64,000 bases of DNA from an uncultured archaeon (GTDB lineage: Archaea; Asgardarchaeota; Lokiarchaeia; Sigyniarchaeales; SOKP01): assembly GCA_964486045.1 (NCBI GenBank), contig CAZALK010000001.1:456242-520241 (forward strand), written 5' to 3'. Shown in pieces: positions 1-10,349 of this stretch. Both the position numbers and the translations under genes were made by a program. Position 1 is the first letter of the stretch; each line of letters begins with the position of its first letter. Under the pieces are notes generated by a model. It saw nothing but the letters and a program-made list of their open reading frames with translations, did no database searches and was not told the origin of the DNA.

Positions 1-120
1 CAGGAATATGTAATTTTACTGGTCTAGAATTTTCTTTTGATGCTTTAGATTTTCTTTCAGGAATAATTTTGACTTCATTTTTAGATTCCTCAAATTTTTT
101 TAATTTATCTAATAAGCTCA

Positions 121-753
121 TTATTTTATCATCTCTTCTATAATTTTAATAGTCTCTATTTCATTTTCAGAAGGTTTTTCAATGAAATTCATTCTTTTCT
201 CCATTATTTCATGTAATTGACTTAATAATTTAGTTGGATTATAATCTACTGCTTTGTACATATTAAATCTCCCTTTCTTACCAACTTTTATAACTTTTCC
301 ACTTCTCGAAAATTGAGATATATAAGTCCAAATATGGTCTAATGGGATTCTTAATTTTTCTGCGATTTCTTTTGTTGTTAAGGCTTCAACTTTTAGTAGT
401 TCTACTAAATCATTCCTTTTGGAAGTTTCTTTAATTATTTCTTTATTTATGCCATTTTTTAATAATTTTATATGTTTGATTTTATTATCTGCGTCATATT
501 TAATATGACAACTACGATGAATATATTGAAAATTATCATTATTATCTAAACATAATCCTGTTTTATCAGATAACTCTAATCTGCCGAGATCTTCATAATA
601 TTCTGGCAATCCACATATTTCACAATTTTTTGGTTTTATTTTTCTTTTCCTAATTCGTGTATGAATAGCTAAATAACCTGCATCATCCCCTTTCCACATA
701 CCACCTTTTTCACTTTTATTAGATTCTTCATTTTTGTATGATTTGTTAACCAT
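121..753 (-). CDS. HNH-like Zn-binding N-terminal domain fused to winged-helix DNA-binding domain
   Basis: YLAIHTRIRK...CEICG...HRSCHIKYD resembles phage HNH-like domains. The C-half LTTKEIAEKLRI...GKVIKVGKKG is wHTH-like. Confidence 0.55.
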   Translation of the reverse strand: MVNKSYKNEESNKSEKGGMWKGDDAGYLAIHTRIRKRKIKPKNCEICGLPEYYEDLGRLELSDKTGLCLDNNDNFQYIHRSCHIKYDADNKIKHIKLLKNGINKEIIKETSKRNDLVELLKVEALTTKEIAEKLRIPLDHIWTYISQFSRSGKVIKVGKKGRFNMYKAVDYNPTKLLSQLHEIMEKRMNFIEKPSENEIETIKIIEEMIK

Positions 754-820
754 TTTTTATATCACCTTATATATTTTATTAGGTTACTGATCATGATCGA
801 AATAACTTCCTTTATAAATA

Positions 821-881
821 TATTTGGATTTATTAGGTTAACAAAAAATTGTATTTGGATTTATTAGGTTAACAAAAAATT
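821..881 (+). repeat. Tandem direct repeat, 2 x ~31 bp
   Basis: TATTTGGATTTATTAGGTTAACAAAAAATT at 821 and 852, with degenerate partial copies on either side, upstream of the 121..753 gene. Confidence 0.85.
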
Positions 882-1039
882 ATATTAGGAGTTATTATGT
901 AAGAAGGATTAGGAGTAGGATTATATATCCAATAATTATTTATTTTAAGTTGGAAAAATATAACAATTTATGTTTTTTTCTTTGAAAGATACTCCTAAAT
1001 TTTTTTTTAGGATAAACTCCTTACAATAAGAAAAATAAA

Positions 1040-1708
1040 TTAGATTTTAATTCCACATCTAGAACAGAATATTTTTGTTTTATCTATTTCAGCTCCACAT
1101 TCTCGACAATAGATAATTTTTGAAACTTTTCTCTCCTGAAAAACTGTTACTTCTTTTGGAGTCTTTCTTTTATGCCTTCTAATAAGAAGTATAGGAATAG
1201 CTATGACAAGAACTATAACAACTATAGAAATTATAGGAGTTAACATATTCCAAAATATGTTTTCATAAGGATTATAACGTCGTTCCCAATAATCAACAGA
1301 TAAATCAATATATACAGTTCTTCCAAAAAGCAAAGCTTCATTTTCCAAAACAACATAGTAATAATCTCCACTTCCAGTTACATCGAATGTCCAACCTTTT
1401 AAAGATATAATATTTTCCCACATCTTTTCAGAATAAAAATAACCATATTCTTGAAGTTCATCAAATTGCCATTGTTTCATAATATAAACATCAATTCCTC
1501 CATCAGAATCAATATCATTAATTAAGATTGTATCTCCATTTTCTAAATATCCCATATAATACGACGTATAAGATGATGATGGAATATTGATTGTACCTCC
1601 GTAATCTACGGCAAAAGCACTCTGAATATTAGAGAACCCTGTTATAGCAAATAAGAATATTATTCCAAATAATATCTTTTTATTTTTCATTTTTTTCTCT
1701 TTTTTCAT
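1040..1708 (-). CDS. Membrane protein with signal peptide, beta-rich ectodomain, TM helix and C-terminal zinc ribbon
   Basis: N-terminal hydrophobic signal, TM IISIVVIVLVIAIPILLI, terminal CRECG...FCSRCG. Confidence 0.7.
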   Translation of the reverse strand: MKKEKKMKNKKILFGIIFLFAITGFSNIQSAFAVDYGGTINIPSSSYTSYYMGYLENGDTILINDIDSDGGIDVYIMKQWQFDELQEYGYFYSEKMWENIISLKGWTFDVTGSGDYYYVVLENEALLFGRTVYIDLSVDYWERRYNPYENIFWNMLTPIISIVVIVLVIAIPILLIRRHKRKTPKEVTVFQERKVSKIIYCRECGAEIDKTKIFCSRCGIKI

Positions 1709-1920
1709 TTAAATTTATTTTTCATTTATAATATAAATTATATTATATTTAAACATTAACTAAATAAATGCTTACATAAGAACTTTTAGATTTAGTTAAG
1801 TGAATACATAACTAAGTTTACGGAAATGTAAAAGTGTCATAGGTAAAGCTATAGAAAATAATAATAAAATTAAAAAATATTTAGAATTTATTACATTAAT
1901 AGAAACTTAATTTCTTAAAT

Positions 1921-2079
1921 ATGCAAAATAAAATTGATAGCGTGGAGAAAATTAGAGAAATCGGTAATTCTTTGTATATTAATGTTCGAAAAGATATAGC
2001 GACTTTATTAGATTTAAGTAAAGGTGATTATGTAAAAATTTCTATCGAGAAAATTATAAAATCAAAAAAGAAAAAATAA
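1921..2079 (+). CDS. AbrB/MazE/SpoVT-family small DNA-binding protein (52 aa, not in ORF track)
   Basis: Manual translation MQNKIDSVEKIREIGNSLYINVRKDIATLLDLSKGDYVKISIEKIIKSKKKK; GNSLYI...L.KGD.V motif. Confidence 0.75.
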   Translation: MQNKIDSVEKIREIGNSLYINVRKDIATLLDLSKGDYVKISIEKIIKSKKKK

Positions 2080-2482
2080 ATTTAATCTTAAAGTAGAGTA
2101 TTTAAAGGAGAGGGTTGGAGGTAGGAAATATGGGTCACCCATATTTTTTTGGAAAGTACGACACAAGTTTTTTTTGTGTCGTTCTTGTTTTCGTGTAAAA
2201 TGCGTTTTATATTTTTTATAAAACGTACTTACAACACAGAGAAAGTGTCTAATATAAATCTTTTGATGTGTGTTTCAAAATATTACTAATTTTACTAGTA
2301 AAATTTCCAATAATTTCCAAAGTTTTTTGGAGGTTAAAAGAAGATAATCTTCCCATTTTCTTTTATGATGAATTTTATCAAAGAAGTGTTAAATACAACT
2401 ATCTAAAATATTGTTTTAGCTCTTTTAAAATATAAATTACACTTAACTATTAAGAGTATATATATTGTTTGAAACATCATAA

Positions 2483-2509
2483 AAAAATACTGAATTATTC
2501 AGTATTTTT
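2483..2509. promoter_or_regulatory. 13-bp perfect inverted repeat (candidate operator or terminator)
   Basis: AAAAATACTGAAT-T-ATTCAGTATTTTT in the intergenic region between two convergent small regulator genes. Confidence 0.4.
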
Positions 2510-2611
2510 CAAGGAATTTTCTTGTTTTTAATATCCATTTGGCAAATGGATGAAAAAATTGGTTTTCTTGATCCAAAAAAAATTTAGATTTTTTAAGTTA
2601 TATATTTTTAT

Positions 2612-2776
2612 TTATTTTTTTTTCAAATCTTTTTTGATAAGCAGTTTTATATAGGTTGACATGTACATCTCTTTACTATATGCTCTAGACATAAGTTCTT
2701 TTTTTTCTTTCTCAGACATATAGACTGTAACTCCAGTTGTACACATATCTTCTGCTTTCTTTTTTATTGGTGACAT
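2612..2776 (-). CDS. Ribbon-helix-helix protein (54 aa, not in ORF track)
   Basis: MSPIKKKAEDMCTTGVTVYMSEKEKKELMSRAYSKEMYMSTYIKLLIKKDLKKK; beta-strand VTVYM then two helices; GGAGG RBS upstream. Confidence 0.7.
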   Translation of the reverse strand: MSPIKKKAEDMCTTGVTVYMSEKEKKELMSRAYSKEMYMSTYIKLLIKKDLKKK

Positions 2777-2853
2777 TTTTTATCATAACCTCCTTATTTT
2801 TAATTTTTGATTTATATTTTTATTCATCTTTGATGTTCTAAAAAAAAATTTAA

Positions 2854-3966
2854 TCATAGTTTTTCAAGGTTTTCTATCATTTCTGTTATTTTCTCTTCAT
2901 ATCCAATAGAATCTAATACCTCTTTTGCTTTCTCTCTGTCTTCTTTAAGTTTTTTATTATATTCTTTGAATGGATCTTTACCATCTTCTTCAAGGTATTT
3001 TATTATAGCTTCATAACAATCAACCTGTGCAGCTTTTCTGACTGTCATTACTGCATTAGCTTCACATTTACGAACTCCATTCTTTTTTATGTATTCTATT
3101 TCATATTTATCAAATTTAGTTTTACCTAATGTTCCTGCTTTATATCGTTCATAAAGTTCTCCTAAATTTCTTCCTGATCCTGTAATTAAGTTGTCTATCC
3201 AGAGCAAATCGTTGTCCTCTATGAATTTAAGCGATAAGCCAAATACATCAACTTTTAGATTATCTGGATTCCAGCCAGTGGCATTTTCGAGTCTTTTTAA
3301 AATATTCATTATCTTATCAGGAATTAATATGCCTACTGGATCATAATCTCCATGCCAAAGTAAGACAGGTATTAAACCCATCTCTTCTGCCTGTTTATAT
3401 CGTTGAGCCATTAGATTCCAAGAGTTTATATCAGGCCACCCTCTCGCATTTGCTATAGGGATATGAAAATAACCACAGATAGGTTTGAACAGGTTATATG
3501 TATCTATCTTCTCTGTTCTCAACTGAATATAATACTTCTGAACTTCCCAGAAAGCAATATCATTTTTGTGCTTATATAACTCTTTAGAATCATTAAGAAT
3601 TTTTTTTATCCACTCTTTTGGGTCTTTATACTCTTTTTTCAATGGTTCTACATTAATCCATTCACGTGCTTTATCTAACGCAACAAAGTCTATAGGTAAA
3701 TATCCTTTCTCTCTACACTCTCCTATCATAGTATCTGCTATAATAAACTCGTCTTTATTAATTGCTCCAAAGTTCTCTAATAGATAACACCAACCTCGAG
3801 TAGACGTCTTTAAATTCTCTGGCACACCATCTTTCACACTATCTGCCCCAAGCATCTTAAGTTCTAATGCTTGTAGATCAGCCCCAAACTGTTTCTTCTG
3901 ATTTATCCACTCTTTATTAGTCATTTCACCTTTTATCCTTCGTGGAAACACAATTTTATCCATCAT
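2854..3966 (-). CDS. Topo VI-A/Spo11-like (Mini-A-type) Toprim protein
   Basis: TRGWCY (putative catalytic Tyr in a WH domain), TEK motif, ARGW and Toprim GDYDPVG motif. Confidence 0.6.
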   Translation of the reverse strand: MMDKIVFPRRIKGEMTNKEWINQKKQFGADLQALELKMLGADSVKDGVPENLKTSTRGWCYLLENFGAINKDEFIIADTMIGECREKGYLPIDFVALDKAREWINVEPLKKEYKDPKEWIKKILNDSKELYKHKNDIAFWEVQKYYIQLRTEKIDTYNLFKPICGYFHIPIANARGWPDINSWNLMAQRYKQAEEMGLIPVLLWHGDYDPVGILIPDKIMNILKRLENATGWNPDNLKVDVFGLSLKFIEDNDLLWIDNLITGSGRNLGELYERYKAGTLGKTKFDKYEIEYIKKNGVRKCEANAVMTVRKAAQVDCYEAIIKYLEEDGKDPFKEYNKKLKEDREKAKEVLDSIGYEEKITEMIENLEKL

Positions 3967-4447
3967 TCTCTTTTTTTCACCTCCTTTGTCGTAATTTTTA
4001 TCATAATTTTTCTTTCACATTTTTCAATGTTTTTATTAAATTTTTTACCACATTTTCAACCTTTCTTTCACACTTATTTTATGATTTTTTAACAACCTCC
4101 TTAATTTTATAAGACCTCTCCTGCTTTACTTTAAACTTCTTTTTTTCAAGAGTGAAATAGCGGGAAGTTCAAGTTGCCCACGCCATTTATAGGTCTTTAA
4201 GGGCAATATTACAACCTTTTTAAAGGTTTTTATTGGAATTCTTATTAATTAGAATAAAAAGATCACATTTAACGGCTTAGAATGAGTTTTCAATATAAAT
4301 TTTTTTTATATTTTTTTCAATTTTATATATATTCAAATATTGAACTTTCACACATTTGTAACTGTTCTTAATAAAAATATGAAGATCACATTTAACAACT
4401 TAAAATAAATTAGAGTAAAAGATTATTAATTATTTATTTTAGGTTGT

Positions 4448-5350
4448 TTAAAATGTAGTTATTAAATATGTGATATATATTCCTTTTTTATCGCATTGAA
4501 TTAACATTGGTGCTTCTTTCTCAGCAAAAATTTTTAAATCTCCACTTATGTTATTAACAGCGTTAGTAAGTCTATTAGAGAAAGTTATTGTAAAAGGTTC
4601 TTTTACATTATAATTTTCGGAATATAAATCCCTTGAAATTTTCTCTTTTTTTGCTACATCAGAACTTTTAATAGTTACATTTAATTTATCCATCTGAAAG
4701 TTAAATGGATACTCACGATTCTCAATTCTATCTCCATCAGCTATTACTTCTTTCAGTTGTTTAGCTGAAATCTCAAGACTATTTGTAAGTTTTATACCAA
4801 AGAATAATTCTACTCCATCTTCTCCTTCTTTGTAAATACTATTTCCTAATTTCTTTATGTTTTCAAGATTTACTTTGTCTGCTTCATCTCCATATTCTAA
4901 ATTTGAAATAAGGTCACAAATGATTGTATCTTCTCTCTTTGTAGAAAACACGATGTCAGTATTCAAATTTAAGAGAGCTTTTATAATAACACTTTTTAAT
5001 CCAATAAATCCTTTTTCACTTACAACTTCAACATATCCTTTATTTTTAAATGATTTCAGCCATTTTTCTATTTCTTCAATTTCAATAGGAATATTAACTG
5101 GATTATTGATATCTTTTACATTAACTTTTACCTGAACTACTAAATTTCTCTGATCATCAGTAACCATAGCCCACATTCTTCCTTTGTTATCAAATCTCAA
5201 AATACAATCAGAAATTAAACCAACTTTTGAACCAGATGAATCAACTCCAACTGATTTTATGTATTTTAAAAATGATTTAAATAAATCTATATCAATTCTA
5301 AAAGAACAAACTGTTCTTTCTTTTAATTCTACTATTTCTTCATTATTCAT
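4448..5350 (-). CDS. Divergent PCNA-like sliding clamp
   Basis: FRIDIDLFKSFLKYI...LISDCILRFDNKGRMWAMVTDDQRNLVVQV...IPIEIEEIEKWLK follows the PCNA N-terminal pattern; length 300 aa. Confidence 0.55.
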   Translation of the reverse strand: MNNEEIVELKERTVCSFRIDIDLFKSFLKYIKSVGVDSSGSKVGLISDCILRFDNKGRMWAMVTDDQRNLVVQVKVNVKDINNPVNIPIEIEEIEKWLKSFKNKGYVEVVSEKGFIGLKSVIIKALLNLNTDIVFSTKREDTIICDLISNLEYGDEADKVNLENIKKLGNSIYKEGEDGVELFFGIKLTNSLEISAKQLKEVIADGDRIENREYPFNFQMDKLNVTIKSSDVAKKEKISRDLYSENYNVKEPFTITFSNRLTNAVNNISGDLKIFAEKEAPMLIQCDKKGIYITYLITTF

Positions 5351-5598
5351 ATTTTAATTACCTCTTTTTTATTTAGTTGTTTGAGATTAGGTAGAAAGGA
5401 GTTGCTTTTAAGGAAATAATTATAGAAGTATATGAATTTGAAATAATGAAAAATCATATAGTCTTATAAGAAAAAGTTTAAATAGGATATTTTTGAAAAA
5501 AACAATAACCAAACAATTAAAATCTCTATTATTTTTTAGATTTTAATATAAAGTATTAAAAAAAATAAGAAAAAAAAATAAATAATAATCAATAAAGT

Positions 5599-6306
5599 TT
5601 AACTGGATTTTTTCCAGTTTTCATAAAATTCTTTAAATTTTTTAGTGTTAGTTTTTACAGTTTTTACTCCAAATTCAGATTTGTAATCTTCGATACAATC
5701 CAGTAGCATATCCTCTTCTTCTACTTCTTCAATTGCCTCCTCTATTTCCATTTCATCTTCTGTGTCTTTAACTTCCTCTTCTTCAACTTCCACTTCTTCA
5801 ATTTCCACTTCTTCAATTTCCTCAGGTTCTTCTTTTACAGCCTTCTCCTTTGTTGGTTCTGTTAAATCAATATCTAAAATTTGAGACATAATGAAGTTCA
5901 ATAATTTCTTTGTTTTATTATGGATAGTTTTTTCAGTTTTGATTTCTTTCTTTTCTGTATTAATAGCACTCTCGAAGAGCCCTTCCGAAACTAAATAAGA
6001 ATTTAAGATTTGGTTGCTTTCACTTTCGACTAAATTCATAAACTTTGTTCTCAGTGTATCTATATTTGCTTTATTGTAATTAGGAAAATTATCTTCGAGT
6101 TCAAATTCAACAATTATTCCTAATAAATCTCTCTTTGTTAAAGGATTAATTACTTCGACACTTTTTTTTGTTTTTAAAATTTTATTTATTTCCTCAGGGT
6201 ATCTCTCTTTCGCAGCATTTAAAATTTTAAAATAGTTTTCTTTACTCCAACTTCCCCAAGTTTGTAGAGACCTTGGGAAACCATCAGAGTCATATATTTT
6301 CGACAT
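5599..6306 (-). CDS. Hypothetical protein with acidic low-complexity tract
   Basis: ORF with GAGG RBS and an E-rich C-terminal third. Confidence 0.6.
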   Translation of the reverse strand: MSKIYDSDGFPRSLQTWGSWSKENYFKILNAAKERYPEEINKILKTKKSVEVINPLTKRDLLGIIVEFELEDNFPNYNKANIDTLRTKFMNLVESESNQILNSYLVSEGLFESAINTEKKEIKTEKTIHNKTKKLLNFIMSQILDIDLTEPTKEKAVKEEPEEIEEVEIEEVEVEEEEVKDTEDEMEIEEAIEEVEEEDMLLDCIEDYKSEFGVKTVKTNTKKFKEFYENWKKSS

Positions 6307-7138
6307 CTTTTTTACCTCTTTTTTAAGTTTTTTAATTTTTTTTAATTGGTGATATAAACGATCTTAAAATTTTCCTTTATAAATTTATGGATTTCATGGA
6401 TTAAAATGATTTAAAACATATATTTCCATTTAATAGATTGGAAATAATTTAAGTATAGTTTAGTAGAAAGAATTTAGCAGTAAAAGAAGTAATTTATTGA
6501 AGAAATATTAATATTTTTCAATTTATTTTTCAGTTACTTGAAACAAGGAAAAAATAATAAGAACATACCAAAACTGGATAAATTTAATGTTTTTTTCAAA
6601 AAATAATATATATACCATCCCTTTTCAAATTAGGAGTTCTTAATATAAATCTTTATTTCATTTAATTTTGAAAAAATCTGGAAAAATAAATTGGAAATAT
6701 ATGTGTACCGCATACACTACAAATTTATAAAAACATTACTATCTCCTTATCCTGCTAAGTAGAATACTCTTCTCACATTATTCTCCTTAATATTTAGAGA
6801 TTAATAGTTCTACTCATCTAATTATATAAATTCAAAAAGGTAGGGGTTAAATGGATGGAAGACAGGAAAACATCAGTGTGAAAAATTCACACAATATTAT
6901 GATGGAAAAAATATGACATATTAAGTTTCTTCTTTAATCTTTAAACTTTAAATATTTTTAACATAGGTTCATTATATTCATCTTAAAAATCCAAAAGATT
7001 CATTAATACAATTAATATCTTATACTGATTTTATTAATAGTTTAAGTATAGAGTACTATGTTTATAAACTATAAGAAGAAATGAGCAAATCTTATTATAA
7101 TAATAGATATTTTTATAATTTTTAAAGTTAAAAAAGAA

Positions 7139-8671
7139 TTAGCGTAATGTAATACTTTCTGGATTTAAATAATCTAATTCAATTTTTTCTGTTTTGTTTA
7201 TATTAGAATCAAAGATTACAACAAATACTTTTATCTCTTTAAATCCTCCTTTTTTATTTTTTTTAAAATGTTCTCCATATGCTTTTTCTAACTCTGGCTT
7301 AAATTCTTTAGCCTTAATAGTCTTTGGACGCTTTTTTATAAAATAATTTTTCAAAGAGAAAAGATGAAATGCATTAGTCTCTTCAATGTAAGCGAATAAA
7401 TCAGGTTTGCCACTGGCTCCATCCCAAATTACTTTATCATAAATTTTTAAGCTCTCTAAATATTTCTTATATTCTCGTTCGAAGAGCTTCCCTTTATAAT
7501 GAATCACTGCTCCTCTTACCTTTTTTAATATTACGCTAATTGTGCTATCATCAATATCATATTCTTCTCCAAGATCTTCATTAAGTCTACCAGTTTTCAT
7601 TTTTTCTTTATAAATTTCAATATCCCTTTCTTTTTTAAACCATTTTACCTCATTTTTTATTGTATCAAATATTTTTTTTTCAGAAATATCATATTTATAA
7701 GAATTTTTTTTTATCATACTTCTATCTTCAATTAGAGGAATTATTTCTTTCATATCCTCAACTTCTATTACGTTTCTCTTTTTTCCAGCCTTTACTTCTC
7801 CAGAATCTCTTAACATTCTTTTAATGAATAAATCTTTTTCATTTTCATAATATTTTCTGTATTCTTCATCGTCATGTAATTTAGAATAAATATGACCTAA
7901 ATATCTAAATTTTTTAGCCATATAATCTCTATTTAAAACCATAAATCTATTCGTTCGTGTTTTTAAATTCATTCCTGCTGTTTGTAAATGGATATCAGCT
8001 ATATTAACATTAATCTCTATAGGGTCTATAAAAATTAATGTATTTTCAAATTTCCTAATGACATGTAAGACATTGTCAATCTTCCATTTCTCTACGCGAG
8101 CTCCTGTTCCAACAGTTTTTGGCATTTCATCTTTCCAGATTATATCCCCTTTCTTTAAGATTGGCATTATATCATTAAAATCTGATTGCGTCCAAATAAT
8201 ATGAATTTTAACATCCCTATGTTTATATTTCTTATTTGCTTCTCTACTCGTAAATGCGATCTTTTGTGCAAACTCTGATTTACCTGCTCCAGGAACTCCT
8301 ATTATACCAAAGACTATAAATGTTCCACGCTTAATAGGATTTATAATATCTCTTTTAAGCATTTCAGTAAGATTATATTTTTCATCTAAGATTAAATGTG
8401 TAATTCCCAGCTCATTCATTGTATTATTAAATGCTTTAGTCTTCAATTCGCTTATAAATTTATAATCTTTCATACAATTGGAATTATAAAATCTCTTAAG
8501 AAGATTCTTTGCATCATTATATCGTGAATTTTCCAATATATCAACAGTACCGAAGTATGTACCTTCCTCTTTCTTTTCTTTTCCTCTATTTTCCTCATAT
8601 TCCTTTACTGTCTTCTCTAAATATCGCTTAATTAGATTTGGATCAAACCAATTTTCCATTATTTCTTTCAC
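7139..8671 (-). CDS. P-loop ATPase (viral packaging/Zot-like) with C-terminal HTH and PD-(D/E)xK-like domain
   Basis: Walker A GVPGAGKS, Walker B IIWKDE; C-terminal GKLFE...GKPDLFAY...FSLKN. Confidence 0.6.
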   Translation of the reverse strand: MKEIMENWFDPNLIKRYLEKTVKEYEENRGKEKKEEGTYFGTVDILENSRYNDAKNLLKRFYNSNCMKDYKFISELKTKAFNNTMNELGITHLILDEKYNLTEMLKRDIINPIKRGTFIVFGIIGVPGAGKSEFAQKIAFTSREANKKYKHRDVKIHIIWTQSDFNDIMPILKKGDIIWKDEMPKTVGTGARVEKWKIDNVLHVIRKFENTLIFIDPIEINVNIADIHLQTAGMNLKTRTNRFMVLNRDYMAKKFRYLGHIYSKLHDDEEYRKYYENEKDLFIKRMLRDSGEVKAGKKRNVIEVEDMKEIIPLIEDRSMIKKNSYKYDISEKKIFDTIKNEVKWFKKERDIEIYKEKMKTGRLNEDLGEEYDIDDSTISVILKKVRGAVIHYKGKLFEREYKKYLESLKIYDKVIWDGASGKPDLFAYIEETNAFHLFSLKNYFIKKRPKTIKAKEFKPELEKAYGEHFKKNKKGGFKEIKVFVVIFDSNINKTEKIELDYLNPESITLR

Positions 8672-8834
8672 ATTCTTTTTTATTTTTTAATTTTCCCATC
8701 ATTAATTTTTCCACCATCTTTCTCATATTTTCTAATTTCTCTTTTTTTTCATTTTCTAACTTATCATATTTTTTATTTCTATACTTTTTCCGCATTCTTT
8801 CGAATTTTTCCCGCTCAAATTCATCACTAAACAT
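8643..8834 (-). CDS. Small basic hypothetical protein
   Basis: Co-oriented ORF overlapping the start of the ATPase gene. Confidence 0.4.
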   Translation of the reverse strand: MFSDEFEREKFERMRKKYRNKKYDKLENEKKEKLENMRKMVEKLMMGKLKNKKECERNNGKLV

Positions 8835-8983
8835 ATTTATTATCTCTTATTTTTATTTTAAGAGTTCTGGAGCATCATTGGAAAGGGAAAATGAGGGGTG
8901 GAAAAACCCTAAAAACCTTTCCTCTGCTGTAGAACTCAGGTAAAATATGGTATTGCAATTTAGTAGTTTAATTTTTATCATTT

Positions 8984-9496
8984 TTATCCGCGAGCACCTA
9001 TGAGAAGTTTTGTCGTTATGAATACAAATATTTTTATTATAATATATGTCATAATCAAAGAAACAATCTCCCCTTCTTCTGTATTGAATATGCTCCTTTG
9101 TAAGATAATAACTGCTCCTGTGCAAAATATAATAGCTGTAAGAAACGTAGCGATGAAATATCGAATTCCTATTTTATTTAAGCCCTGGCTATTCAATATC
9201 CAGAAATTCTTTGTAGCCGTATTTCGATATACACCTTGAATAAATATATAAGCAAACACCCTTGCTGTCATATTTAAAGCTATTGAAACAATAAATACAT
9301 AAACGATCGACATAAAGAAATCAGAAATAAAAAGGTCCATAACCAGCTCTGATTTTACAACAAAGAACTCAAATCTAATTGCCACTATTATAAAAAATAA
9401 AACAGTAAAAAATGAATGAAATATATAATACATCCATTTATCTCCCTCAGCTCGTTTTACATCTTTTGCTTTCTGATATTTCTCATACTTCACCAT
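8984..9496 (-). CDS. Multi-pass membrane protein
   Basis: About 4 hydrophobic segments; start overlaps the upstream gene. Confidence 0.65.
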   Translation of the reverse strand: MVKYEKYQKAKDVKRAEGDKWMYYIFHSFFTVLFFIIVAIRFEFFVVKSELVMDLFISDFFMSIVYVFIVSIALNMTARVFAYIFIQGVYRNTATKNFWILNSQGLNKIGIRYFIATFLTAIIFCTGAVIILQRSIFNTEEGEIVSLIMTYIIIKIFVFITTKLLIGARG

Positions 9497-9773
9497 TTTT
9501 TAATCTCCTGTCAATATTAATTTCAACTTCTATAATCATATTTTTCATTCTTTCCTCGTCTAATATATCTTTAAAATCATAAATATGCGTTTTCCTTTTC
9601 CTATTATATTTTTTAATATCATTCTGTTTCCTTTCCTCATAAATCTTAAGTATACTAATTTTTTTTTTATGTCTCAACAAATAAGCATCTAAACAAACAC
9701 TACTACAAAATTTTCCGTTATTATTTGATTTTAGAGATTCATCACAGAAACTACAAACCTTTATTGTAAACAT
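9483..9773 (-). CDS. Zinc-finger protein (CxxC...CSxxC)
   Basis: CSFCDE...KFCSSVC. Confidence 0.6.
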   Translation of the reverse strand: MFTIKVCSFCDESLKSNNNGKFCSSVCLDAYLLRHKKKISILKIYEERKQNDIKKYNRKRKTHIYDFKDILDEERMKNMIIEVEINIDRRLKNGEV

Positions 9774-9976
9774 TAATCCCCCGCCTCTTTCATTGTTCCT
9801 TTTGGAACTAGAACAGGATCACTTGGATCTTTATTAAATAATCTCATAATTTTTCGTCGCTTTTTATTTGTACCATGCTCTAATGCCTTTGTATGAAGTT
9901 CCATTGTTTGTTTATATAAATCATAGAGCTTATCTTTCTTTTTATTTATACTTGTAGTTCTATCAATCACCATCAC
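9773..9976 (-). CDS. Hypothetical protein
   Basis: Translationally coupled ORF with a GAGGAG RBS. Confidence 0.55.
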   Translation of the reverse strand: MMVIDRTTSINKKKDKLYDLYKQTMELHTKALEHGTNKKRRKIMRLFNKDPSDPVLVPKGTMKEAGD

Positions 9977-9995
9977 TATCTCCTCAAAATAAATT

Positions 9996-10349
9996 TTAAT
10001 TATTTATGATTTCTCTAAAATCTTCTAAACTCATTCTTTTTCCATTTATTATTTTATAATTTTTATTACTATACTTAGATATGACATTAGCCTTCATAAG
10101 AGAATTAGTAAAACGATTAAATTTACCTATCAATGTTCTTACTGCTTTTTGATATATTATTTGCTTATGTAGTGCATTCCTAAGATAAGATATACCATAA
10201 TTTTTTACTAAATATTCTCTTGCAATCGTTTTATACTTAAAGTATGTATGTTCACTAAGATAATTATATAATAATAAAGTTATGTCATCAAAACTTAATT
10301 TACTAATATTCTCCTCTAATTTTTTAATTAATAATTTATTCTCCATCAT
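9996..10349 (-). CDS. Hypothetical protein, putative wHTH; paralog of the N-terminal part of 10346..10942
   Basis: FNRFTNSLMKANVISKYSNKNYKII vs FNKLINSLVNANMIRKDSSTFYKKI. Confidence 0.55.
   Translation of the reverse strand: MMENKLLIKKLEENISKLSFDDITLLLYNYLSEHTYFKYKTIAREYLVKNYGISYLRNALHKQIIYQKAVRTLIGKFNRFTNSLMKANVISKYSNKNYKIINGKRMSLEDFREIINN

Noticed and set aside
821-881. Mini-CRISPR array
   Set aside because: The repeats are contiguous with no spacers, and there are no cas genes.
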